From: Macrostomum lignano
Lineage: Eukaryota
DNA: 64,000 nt
NCBI GenBank assembly: GCA_002269645.1
Contig: NIVC01000528.1
Span: 1-64,000, forward strand
Direction of reading: 5' to 3'
Position numbers and translations under genes: made by a program. Shown piece after piece: positions 27,401-37,029 of this stretch. The notes beneath the pieces were generated by a model, which was given only the letters and a program-made list of their open reading frames with translations, ran no database searches and had not been told where the DNA came from. Numbering within the stretch: position 1 is the stretch's first letter; each line of letters starts with the position of its first letter.

Positions 27401-30400
27401 CAATTGTAGTTGTGAGGACGCAGCACCGCAAGGTCGTTGGGATATTTTCGGCGAAATTCCTATTCTCATACATAAAGCAAAAATAACTTTGAGTTTGTTA
27501 AATTTTGGGACTCGAGTCGAATTGTCATCTCTATCCCAACAACAACACCCCCTAACCAGGCCGAGCTCTCCGCATCCTGAGGCTGGCCAAGCTGCTCAGC
27601 CTGCTGCGCCTGCTGCGACTCTCGCGATTGGTCCGCTACGTCAGCCAATGGGAGGAGGTCAGTGCTATTGAGTAACTATGACGTATTATGTAATTATGTT
27701 TCGCGGACAAAAGCCTGCTTATTTTGAGACCGTAATCAAAGAGAATTATCCAGATCGCTCTAGGTGATTCGACGCAACTGTCACTCATGTAGTCAATCGT
27801 GATTTCTTTGAAACCGAATTTTCAGTTCTTTCAAATTGCCAGCAAGTGCTTCGGCATTATAAAACTCGTGCTCATCATGATGCTCTTGGGCCACTGGAAT
27901 GCCTGCTTCCAGTTCCTTATACCGTTCCTCAACGACTTCCCGGACGACTCTTGGGTGGCCAGGAGTGGCCTTAAGGTGATGCCGAGAATTGAAATTAGGA
28001 ATTCATAAGGTGGTGGCGTGCGCAGCTAACATGTACAGTTGAAGAACGCTTCACTTGCGATTCGTTTAAATGGTCTGGAGGCCGGGTTTTTCGCTCATTT
28101 GTCTCCACTTCTGCTTACTGAATTGTAAATGGGACAAGTCAGTGTTTTGACCAAGCTTGATTCAAAAGTTCATCGGGCTAAAGTTTGAAGAACTCTACCA
28201 CAGACCGGCAAGTAAACAGAGTTCCCGCGAATTCCGGATAATCCGCATGTTTTGAGTTTTTATAGGCGGGCAAAACAGCGCTAATCTGGGAGTTCCGCGC
28301 TCGCAGAACGCAGCTTTACTTGGCGGTTTGCAGACCTTTTTTCAAACTTTATCCAGAGATTTGGTGGATCAACCCCGGACAAAATACACAGACACACGCA
28401 CACACGCACGCTATAGCTCTGTTTGCAATTTGGAAGTCCAAAGACGGTGAAATGTTTTGCAATCGAATTTAGTACAAAAGAACTAAAAACTGTCTATCAA
28501 TCTATCCGATGCATTTAATAACGAAAAGCTTGTCCTCCAAGGCGATTCGCACGATTTGTGAGTGCAGCGTCACAATTCTACTTTAGCTGTAAATTCTAAA
28601 TTGATGGGTGGCGGCCCGCCGAGAGATTTTTATCGGCAGTTTTTGTCACTTGTGCTTTCTCGCTTATAGCTATAGTGTTGACCCGTCTCTGAATTGTGGG
28701 CTAACCAAGTCAATGTCGCTGCAGCCTTACTGTGCAACTATTTGTCAACCACCTGTAAGTTTTCAGCACCGACCCTATCGTGTTCATGATTAATAAATTT
28801 ATGTGACTGCCGCTTTCCTATTTGTCTAATACCTATTCATCGCACTTGAATTACGGGTAGATGAAAATGCTAAGATAGTCGTGATGACCGCACAGCTAGT
28901 TTTGTAAAGCAAGTTCATCATGCGATCATGCTGAGTTTCATCAGCGACCACCGTGGGATCAAAAACTGCTGTACCTGCGTGGGGCAAAGGATATCTCACT
29001 GTTCCGTCGCTCAACTTATCCTCATTTGCAGCTCCTGAGTGCGGCCAATAAGTTCATGGGGATTTTCAACTTAGTCCTCCTAATGATGCTGCTGGGCCAC
29101 TGGAATGCCTGCCTGCAGTACCTGATCCCCTTTCTGCAGGACTTTCCCGAACAGTCCTGGGTGGTCAGGTGCAACTTGAAGGTGAAGCTGGTCTGAGCGA
29201 ATGCGACAGGCGATCCCACTAGCACTTAGCGTTTGTTGATCCCAAAAGTTAAAAAAAGTTAGTCTGTATTGTGCTCAGACACAATCGATCGCATGAAGGT
29301 TGAGATTGAATAACTGAGAGATTGTTTTGCACGCCGCAGTTGCCATGCAGCTGTGTCACTCCAACCCGACTTACTGTTCATATTGTTGTTGTTGAGATCC
29401 GTTCTCACTTGTCGCGGGCATGACGCTCTGCACAAAATCGAACCCCATTTGCAGCTGCTAAACGTGGCGTCGGTGTTCATGCGTGTTGTGAACCTGGTCT
29501 GCTTGATGCTGCTGCTGGCGCACTGGAATGGCTGCCTGCAGTTTCTCGTGCCGTCGATTCAAGACTTTCCCAAAGACTCCTGGGTTAGGAAGCTGAACAT
29601 CCAGGTATCAGGCTCTGGTAGCTGCCCATGCTTGGCGAGTTTTTTAGTTTTAACTTTTTATAATATTCATACTTTTACACATTTACAGATTTTACAGATT
29701 TTATTAACTTTACTAAACCCGAAGAAGCCAGTTTTTTGCTCGTGACGGGGGGCTGCAGGTGTTGGAAGCGAAGAGGCATATTAAGAACATTCCGTCGACC
29801 TCTGGGCACACACGTGAATACACGCGGACGCAAGCACTCAGCTCGCACAGGGATGCGTGTACATCTAAAATGACTTGTCATCACCAGGCATGTACACGCC
29901 ATGGGCCCTTAGGGGTTGCAGGTCAAAGCATCAAAGCATCGATAGTGGGTACTCTGCCATTGACAATCGCCTACTAGTATGTACGAGCTGTGCCAATTCA
30001 TGCTACCGGTAGATACTACTCACCTGGAATTTTACTTTTTTGCACCTCTTTAGCATGATATCTGCAATATCTTTCTGAAGCGCCGCCCTCCTGTTTATGT
30101 GCTACTTTTGATTTTTACTGTTGTGGACGTGGACTATCTTTTAACTGCAATGTCGATCCACGCTAAATTGGCTCACTTTTAAAATGCGAAATTCAAAACT
30201 GCACCAGCATCTCCAAACGATTTGATATGCAACATATTAACCTACAGAATTACATCATCGATAGTAAATATTCAATCTGGTCTAGTGGCCTCCTCTTTAG
30301 CATTAAACTGACCATACATGTGGGCTCCAACTTCCAACTCTCTCCAACTCCTATCCCGCACACACCCCACCCCTCCAACTCCTGCCCCGCGCATCCCCCA

Positions 30401-33400
30401 CCCCCAGCTCCTACTGCACATACACCTACACCCACCCCTCCAACTCTTACCCCGCACATACCCCACCCCTCCAACTCCTGCCCCGCGCAAACTGCCTCCC
30501 CTCCAACTCCTACCCCGCACATACCCCACCCCTCCAACTCCTGCCCCACACATACCCCACCCCTCCAACTCCTGCCCCGCGCATCCACCACCCCCAGCTC
30601 CTACTGCACATACACCTACACCCACCCCTCCAAATCCTGCCCCGCGCATCCCCCACCCCCAGCTCCTACTGCACATACACCTACACCCACCCCTCCAAAT
30701 CCTGTCCCGCACAAACCCCCACCCACCCAAATCCTACCACGCACAAACCTTTCTTTTAACTGGCTGTTAAGCTGCACAACCAAATTCCTTAGTTTGAATC
30801 AGGTTGAAAAAAACAGATCGAATTCCCACAGTGTAGTTATTTAACACCGCAATCGCAATTAGGCCATCTTTTATTACTAAAACTAGGTACCGCAATGCTA
30901 CTAAACTGACTTATCTAAGTAGAACCATCTACGGTTCAAAACTCTAAAATCCTATCTCAAACGTTTATCCTCAGGAGGCGCACTGGTTCCGGCAGTACAC
31001 CTGGGCCCTGTTCAAAGCCATGAGTCACATGCTGAGCATTGGCTACGGCCAGCACCCGCCAACCAGCATCAGCGAGGCCTGGATCACCATCGTCAGCATG
31101 ATGACCGGCTCATCCTGCTACGCGCTTTTCGTGGGCCACGCCGCCGCCCTCATCCAGAGCTTCGATACGTCGAAGCGTCTCTATAGAGAAAAGGTGAGTG
31201 TCCCGCTGGAGCTGCTGCGCTGCTCACTGAGCCTCTAGGAGGATCTCCAAGGCTAACTGGCTGCTTGAGTGAGTGACACCCACGCATCAGGCATGCACAG
31301 GCACTGAGGCAACAAGACATGCCAACTCAAACAGGTCATACGTGGCAGCTCAAGCCCTTTGTTAAATAAACTCCTGTATGTCTGAATCACGAAATACTCC
31401 AGTTGCACATAGTCCGGACACCTAATTAATTACCAATTTAGACACTCAGAATTCTGGAAAAACAGATACCTAAATACATACCTAAATATTTAATGGATAT
31501 ATTATACTTAAATACCTAGATACCCTTGAAACCAAGATACATAGATACCCACATACCCACATATCCGATCACTCAGATACCAAGATACAGATACCCACAT
31601 ACGCACATACCCACATACCCACATACACTCATACCCTCATACCCACATACCCACATACATACATACATACATACCCTCATACCCACATACCCACATACCC
31701 ACATACCCACATACCCACATACCCACATACCCACATACCCACATACCCACATTTCCACATACCCATACATCCAGATACCCATATACCCTCATACCCATAT
31801 ATCCACATACCCACATACCCACATACCCACATACCCATACATCCACATACCCACATACCCACATACCCACATACCCATATATCCACATACCCACATACCC
31901 TCATACATACATACACACATACATACCCACATACCCTCATACCCACATACCCACATACCCACATGCCCACATACCCACATACCCACATACCCATACATCC
32001 AGATACCCATATACCCTCATACCCATTCCGTTCCTAATCTCTCCGCTCGCCAACCGCAGTTCAAGCAAGTGGAAGAGTACATGGCCTACCGCAAGCTGCC
32101 CAGGGCGCTCAGGCAGCGCATAGCCAACTACTACGAGCACAGGTACCAGGGCAAGATGTTCAACGAGAGCGAAATTCTCAGTGAGCTGTCCGAGTGCCTC
32201 AGAGAGGTAAGCAGCCTGGGCGAGGGCTCGGTTTGAGAACACTTGTCAAAGTCGCTTAAGCCGCTTGAGTTTTCGGTTCATTAGCTCCTGCCTGTAGCCA
32301 ACTATCTGCCTGCTCAAGCTGAAGTTCATGATTTAGCATCTTCTCTAACTTCGTCAGAGCATCGCATGCCGGTTGAGCGGCTCACGTGACCTCTTTTAAT
32401 TAATTGCAAGCGGCATTTAATTGGCTGCAAGATAGCAGGTGTTGTAGCCACACCAGAGTGTGTTGACGATCTGCCGAATGACTGCCACTTCATAAAGTGC
32501 ACTGATTGCTAAAAATCCCCTATTACAGTTCCTCTATTTGAAGTACATGAAGAAAAAATATTTTTTTCATTAAGTCGTCATAAATTTAGCTTTCTCCCTG
32601 TAAATCTGTTTTTAGATCTGTTACGGTCTAAACGATTGCGTTTTTAATTTTAAAAAAGAGATTGGCGGTGGAATGGAGGCATACAGAAGAGAGGGGGAGA
32701 ATGGAGAGAGGGGAGATAGAGGAGGGGGAGCTGGGGGAGAGGAGGGGGTGAGAAGATGGAGGAGGGAGAGGCATGATTTCAGTTGTACTTTTAACTTTCC
32801 CGCCCGCAGCAAATCATCAACTACAACTGCCGCGCCCTGGTGGCAGCCGTGCCCTTCTTCACCTACGCCGACCAGGACTTTGTCTCCGAGGTCGTCACCC
32901 GGCTGAAATACGAAGTTTTCCAACCTGGCGACCTCATTATCAAGGAGGGCACCATCGGGACGAAGATGTACTTTATCCAGGAGGGCATCGTGGACATCAT
33001 CACCAAGGACGGAGAGGTGGCAACGAGCCTATCGGACGGGTCCTACTTTGGCGGTGAGCGAGTGGGAATGGCGTGCTTCTTGGCTTAGTGAGATATGATT
33101 GAGCACTTGTCGGCCTTTGAGCAAATGAACAACGTTCGAGTGGAACTGAGAGCCTATCAATAGGTTAGAGGCGTCAGTGCCAGAGTCCCGTGGCCACATT
33201 AGTTTAAAGTTGGAGCACAGGCATTTGCCTGGAACAGGTAGGTTAGTGGAGAATCATTAGATTAGAACAGGTGAGGCTGCAGTCTAAAAACAGGTGAACA
33301 GTCATTAAGATAAAAACAGGTGAGACTGCAGTCTAATAACAGGTGAACAGTCATTAAGATAAGAACAGGTGAGACTGCAGTCTAATAACAGGTGAACAGT

Positions 33401-36400
33401 CATTAAGATAAGAACAGGAGAGACTGCAGTCTAATAACAGGTGAACAGTCATTAAGATAAAAACAGGTGAGACTGCAGTCTAATAACAGGTGAACAGTCA
33501 TTAAGATAAGAACAGGAGAGGCTGCAGTCTAATAACAGGTGAACAGTCATTAAGATAAGAACAGGAGAGGCTGCAGTCTAATAACAGGTGAACAGTCATT
33601 AAGATAAGAACAGGAGAGGCTGCAGTCTAATAACAGGTGAACAGTCATTAAGATAAGAACAGGAGAGACTGCAGTCTAATAACAGGTGAACAGTCATTAA
33701 GATAAGAACAGGAGAGGCTGCAGTCTAATAACAGGTGAACAGTCATTAAGATAAGAACAGGAGAGACTGCAGTCTAATAACAGGTGAACAGTCATTAAGA
33801 TAAGAACAGGAGAGGCTGCAGTCTAATAACAGGTGAACAGTCATTAAGATAAGAACAGGAGAGGCTGCAGTCTAAAAACAGGTGAACAGTCATTAAGATA
33901 AGAACAGGTGAGGCTGCAGTCTAATAACAGGTGAACAGTCATTAAGATAAGAACAGGAGAGGCTGCAGTTTAATAACAGGTGAACAGTCATAAGTATCGC
34001 AGTTAGAGAATGCAGTAATTTATATCTTCTCTAGGCTTTCATAACGAAATTCAATACCTTGGTTGTACGAAATGAAGGCTGCCTGTTTGATGCAATCTCG
34101 CTACATAATTTTTAGTTGGATCAGACGATTCCCTCATTACTGCATTTTCGCACCACGGAGAAGAAGTTGCCAACTGATAGATTTGGATATGACTACTCGT
34201 GTATGCTTGCCCTCATTTGTCTGGGTTGCCTTACCGTCAGAGGCTTGATTTGACTTGTCGATTACAGAAGTTTCGAAAGCAGAGCAGGTGGATAGAAGCA
34301 GATGAATCAAGATTGCCTCAAAATATTATAGCAAGGTATAGAAACTTACCTGAAGTATGCCTAACCAAGGCCTGAAACTGACCTGAAGTATGCCTGAAAC
34401 AAGGCCTGAAACTGACCTGAAGAATGCCTGAAACAAGGCCTGAAACTGACCTGAAGTATGCCTGAAACAAGGCTTGAAACTTACCTGAAGTATGCCTGAC
34501 AAAGGCCTGAAACTTACCTGAAGTATGCCTAACCAAGGCCTGAAACTGACCTGAAGTACGCCTGAAACAAGGCTTGAAACTTACCTGAAGTATGCCTAAC
34601 CAAGGCTTGAAACTTACCTGAAGTATGCCTAACCAAGACCTGAAACTGACCTGAAGTATGCCTGAAACGAGGCCTGAATGTAATTTGATTCGAATGTGAA
34701 CTTGATTGCCAAGCGAACTATACACGATGCATTCCCTAAGGCCGAATGCACCGCATTCCATATCGAAAATGTCCTTCGCTCAGTTCGTACCTGATCCCCG
34801 ATCGATCATTCGCTAAGAAGTTTCTTTCGATGCCTACGCAGCTTCTGTGCAGTCTGACGGATCCCTGGCAATTTCGACCAGATTCAGCTCGACCGGAATG
34901 CGGAATAGCGGAAGAAATCCTCATTCTGTTTACCCATCCGCCCGGTACTTGATTCCTGACCATCTGGAATTATCGCACTCTGCCTGCATTCCAGACCCAC
35001 TTCAGCGAAATGGAAAAGAATTGAATTTCAACGCACTAATTTTGTATAAAGTGGTCATTTTGATTCTCTAAAATGATTCGGTGCCAAGTTTGCTAAGCAA
35101 CCAGGACTATTGAGGGTGACCTAAAGCTAGGTCAAGGAGAAATGATCTTCATCTCCTAGTATACCAGTAAATTTTAACTTTTTGTCAAACATGCAGCTGA
35201 ATCGGTGTATCAATGTACGAGCGTACTAACGTCTTTCCTTCCTTCTTTTCAAAGTAGAAGCCAAACTTTTACTTAATTGTGTCTAACTGGGGTCCTGGGC
35301 GTCTAATTGGGCCCCTGGGTGTCAAACTGGGCCCAGCTGGATGTCTAATTGGGCCCCTGGGTGTCTAATTGGGCCCCTGGGTGTCTAACTGGGCCCCTGG
35401 GTGTCTAATTGGGTCCTGGGTGTCTAATTGGGGTCCGTGGTGTCTAACTGAAGTCCTGGGTGTCTAATTGGGCCCTGGGTGTCTAATTCGGGTCCTGGGT
35501 GTCTAATTGAACCAGGGATGTTTAATCAAGGCCTTGAGTGTCTAAAATTAACTGGGGTCCTGTATGTCTAATTGCGTCATGGGTGTCTAATTGGGTCATG
35601 GATGTCTAATCTAGGCCCTGAGAGTCTAAAATTAACGTCCTATATGTATAATTGGGGTCCTGGGTGTCTAACTGAAGTCCTGGGTGTCTAATTGGGGTCC
35701 TGGGTGTCTAACTGAAGTCCTGGGTGTCTAATTGGGGTCCTGGGTGCCTAACTGAAGTCCTGGGTGTCTAATTGGGGTCCTGGGTGTCTAATCGAGGTCA
35801 TGGGTGTCTAATTGGAGTGCTAGGTGTCTAATTAAAGTCCTGAGTGTCAAATTGAAATCCTGGGTGTCTAATTGGGGTCATTATATGTCTAATTTAGGTC
35901 CTGGGTATCCAATTGAGGTCCTACATGTAGGTGTCTAATCGGGTCCTGAAAATTGAATTAGATTTCTAGGCGTCTAATTCGGTTCCTGACATTACATTGG
36001 AGTGCCCTCAATGTTCCATTGGAGTTCCCAGTTGCGTGTCCATTTGTGGTCATACTGTTAAACGTTTTATTTGGCTCTTGGACATAGTAATAAATTCCTG
36101 GACATCTACTTAGGTTCATTCAGTTTGAATACCAAAATGGGGGGGGGCGTAGCCTAGTGGTTTAGCGCGGCGCTCTCATGTGCCAGCGTCCCAGGCTCGA
36201 TTCCAAGTGCAGTCAAATTAATTTGGGGCTAAATCGGAATTCAGCTTGTGCAATTAACGGCCTTGAGAGCCAACCTCCAAGGCACAGTGAAGTGTACATG
36301 CGATAAATAAAGTCAGGGCCGCTGTGCACTCCTGTGTGAGTGTGTGCCTGCGTACCTATCCGCGCGCTTGTGTGCCTGGTCAGGGGAGTCGGCGGAATGG

Positions 36401-37029
36401 GCAGTAATGCTTTTCACCGGTTGTGTGACAATGTCGCTTAAAGTGCGCCAGGGGGCACAGAGTCGTCTCCTTGCCTCTATCTATATATACCGAAATGGTG
36501 GTGCTAAAATTGGTTCAGGACGTTGTTATTCATTCTGCACTCCTCAGAAATCTGCCTGCTCACCAACGCCCGCCGCGTGGCCAGCGTCCGAGCCGAGACC
36601 TACTGCAACCTGTACTCGCTGGAGCGGGAGAACTTCCTGTCCGTGCTGGACAATTACCCGCTGATGCGCCGCACCATGGAGTCCGTGGCGGCCGAGCGGC
36701 TCAGCAAGATCGGCCAGAACCCGCAGCTGGTGAGCAACCGGGCTGATCTCAAGGAGGATCTCAACCTGGTCAAGGAGATCGTCAACCAGTCTGGTCCGCC
36801 AAACCAGCCCGAACACTCGGACGCGTCTTCAGTCGACGATCTTCCTGGCGACGGAGCCTCTGGGAGCGCCGCTCAGCAGCAGCTGCAGCCGACGGCGCCG
36901 TCGCCATCTTCGCCTCAGCCGGCGTCATCTGGCGGCGGGGATCGGCGCCTGTCAGCGGTGAAGCTCGGACTGCAGCGCCTCGGCCTGGTGCGGCCGAAAC
37001 TCAGTCCGTCGGACGAGTCGGCTCTGTGA
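12349..37029 (+). CDS. HCN: Hyperpolarization-activated cyclic-nucleotide-gated (HCN/Ih) channel, spliced: 12349-12424, 24677-25493, 26731-26894, 27206-27373, 27560-27657, [one of 27826-27975 / 29032-29181 / 29455-29604], 30975-31193, 32060-32206, 32810-33053, 36548-37029
   Basis: HCN domain ([26 protein letters not shown]), S1-S6, S4 [26 protein letters not shown], pore [10 protein letters not shown]-linker, [22 protein letters not shown]. All junction phases are compatible; total 2565 nt = 854 aa + stop. Confidence 0.95.
12536..13140. repeat. 15-bp minisatellite (CCCTCCACATCTTTA)n
   Basis: About 40 degenerate copies; source of the false LPSTS ORF. Confidence 0.97.
13425..13530. repeat. 35-bp tandem repeat (GAGTGATGAGAGCAGAGATGGAAGATAAGACAAGA), about 3 copies
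   Basis: Direct reading. Confidence 0.9.
14695..16528 (+). pseudogene. hAT (ZMYM1/DUF4371-like) transposase remnant lacking the central catalytic region
   Basis: Exon 14695-15224 spliced (AA|GTAAGT..TTTAG|G) to 15425 gives GGVFCKYCVLF...H.QCDYH (TTF-type Zn finger) and [14 protein letters not shown]. It then jumps out of frame near 15740 to [14 protein letters not shown] and the hAT dimerisation motif [28 protein letters not shown]. Confidence 0.88.
15313..15372. mobile_element. 60-bp micro-MITE nested in the transposase intron
   Basis: 16-bp TIR CACAGATACTAGAACA / TGTTCTAGTATCTGTG; 8-bp TSD GTATGGAC at 15305-15312 and 15373-15380. Confidence 0.85.
17394..17745 (+). mobile_element. tRNA-derived SINE, copy 1 (5' slightly truncated)
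   Basis: TAGTGGTTTAGCGCGG...GGCTCGATTAC head; body highly similar to the copies at 18285 and 36143. Confidence 0.88.
18285..18580 (-). mobile_element. tRNA-derived SINE, copy 2 (inverted relative to copy 1)
   Basis: Reverse complement reads GGGGGCGTAGCCTAGTGG...CCAGGCTCGATTCC (A/B boxes) followed by the same body. Confidence 0.88.
19176..20168. repeat. Compound minisatellite: 18/22-bp (GACAGTGAGTGAATCATG) changing to 17-bp (CAGTCTGAGTGAATCAT)
   Basis: Direct reading; shared GAGTGAATCAT core. Confidence 0.97.
20847..21110. repeat. 25-bp minisatellite (GGATTAGCTAGTCATAAATCCATGA)
   Basis: ATTAG recurs at 20951, 20976, 21001, 21026. Confidence 0.95.
21110..21540. repeat. Purine-rich degenerate repeat, about 22 bp (GACAAGATAGAGACAGGAGATA)
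   Basis: Direct reading. Confidence 0.93.
22061..22710. repeat. 38-bp minisatellite (TTTTACCATAGACGAATCTTCTGACGATTAGAAAGTCA), about 17 copies
   Basis: Direct reading. Confidence 0.97.
23370..23945. repeat. GA-rich low-complexity tract
   Basis: GAGAGAGGGAGACT-like repeats; false LSLS ORFs on the minus strand. Confidence 0.93.
24440..24662. repeat. 20-bp minisatellite (CACAATCAGTGGGTGAATCA) abutting the exon-2 acceptor
   Basis: Last unit ends about 14 nt before the AG at 24675-24676. Confidence 0.93.
24677..25493 (+). CDS. HCN: HCN exon 2: polyQ-rich N-terminus and HCN domain
   Basis: CTCCAG| acceptor; ends CSNF-R AG|GTGCGT. Confidence 0.9.
26731..26894 (+). CDS. HCN: HCN exon 3 (S1-S2)
   Basis: TTCAG|[12 protein letters not shown]...IAVNFRT G|GCAAGC (GC donor). 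Confidence 0.93.
27206..27373 (+). CDS. HCN: HCN exon 4 (S2-S3 loop, S3)
   Basis: ACCAG|[43 protein letters not shown]...HA G|GTGAGA. Confidence 0.95.
27560..27657 (+). CDS. HCN: HCN exon 5 (S4 voltage sensor)
   Basis: ACCAG|[34 protein letters not shown]|GTCAGT. Confidence 0.96.
27826..27975 (+). CDS. HCN: HCN alternative S5 exon 6a ([50 protein letters not shown])
   Basis: TTTCAG| ... AAG|GTGATG, 150 nt, phase 0-0, open. Confidence 0.88.
29032..29181 (+). CDS. HCN: HCN alternative S5 exon 6b ([50 protein letters not shown])
   Basis: TTTGCAG| ... AAG|GTGAAG, 150 nt, phase 0-0, open; absent from the ORF track. Confidence 0.88.
29455..29604 (+). CDS. HCN: HCN alternative S5 exon 6c, canonical-like ([50 protein letters not shown])
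   Basis: TTTGCAG| ... CAG|GTATCA, 150 nt, phase 0-0; closest to the usual invertebrate Ih [22 protein letters not shown]. Confidence 0.92.
29770..29920 (-). mobile_element. Divergent SINE fragment sharing the central core
   Basis: Reverse complement CAACCCCTAAGG...GTGTACATGCCTGGTGATGACAAGTC resembles CAAGCCCCAAGG...GTGTACATGCCTGATGATAAATAAAGTC. Confidence 0.5.
30340..30740. repeat. C-rich degenerate tandem repeat
   Basis: CCCCACCCCTCCAACTCCT-like units. Confidence 0.9.
30975..31193 (+). CDS. HCN: HCN exon 7 (pore helix, filter, S6)
   Basis: CTCAG|[29 protein letters not shown]...[14 protein letters not shown]|GTGAGT. Confidence 0.96.
31520..32025. repeat. 8-bp repeat (CCCACATA)n
   Basis: Direct reading; runs up to the exon-8 polypyrimidine tract. 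Confidence 0.95.
32060..32206 (+). CDS. HCN: HCN exon 8 (C-linker)
   Basis: CGCAG|[14 protein letters not shown]...SECLRE|GTAAGC. Confidence 0.96.
32810..33053 (+). CDS. HCN: HCN exon 9 (C-linker/CNBD)
   Basis: CGCAG|[17 protein letters not shown]...LSDGSYFG G|GTGAGC. Confidence 0.96.
33266..33990. repeat. 49-bp minisatellite (AACAGGAGAGGCTGCAGTCTAATAACAGGTGAACAGTCATTAAGATAAG), about 15 copies
   Basis: Period 49 (AAGATAAG at 33601 and 33650). Confidence 0.96.
34345..34675. repeat. 33/34-bp minisatellite (CCTGAAGTATGCCTGAAACAAGGCCTGAAACTGA)
   Basis: Direct reading. Confidence 0.94.
35280..35990. repeat. 20-bp degenerate minisatellite (GTGTCTAATTGGGGTCCTGG)
   Basis: Direct reading. Confidence 0.93.
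36143..36480 (+). mobile_element. tRNA-derived SINE, copy 3 (full head)
   Basis: GGGGGCGTAGCCTAGTGGTTTAGCGCGG (A box) ... GGCTCGATTCC (B box), same body. Confidence 0.88.
36548..37029 (+). CDS. HCN: HCN last exon (phosphate-binding cassette, C-terminus)
   Basis: CTCAG|[26 protein letters not shown]...SAL*. Confidence 0.95.

Noticed and set aside
28000-29020. A fourth S5 cassette between 6a and 6b
   Set aside because: No HWN/FP..SW motif or matching splice pair found by eye.
36143-36155. SINE head GGGGGCGTAGCC resembles the hAT TIR CAGGGGCGTAGCC
   Set aside because: It is the tRNA-like 5' stem/A box, lacks the CA terminus and TSD; coincidental.
36143-36215. Functional tRNA gene
   Set aside because: A and B boxes are present but no clean cloverleaf, and it continues into a repeated SINE body.
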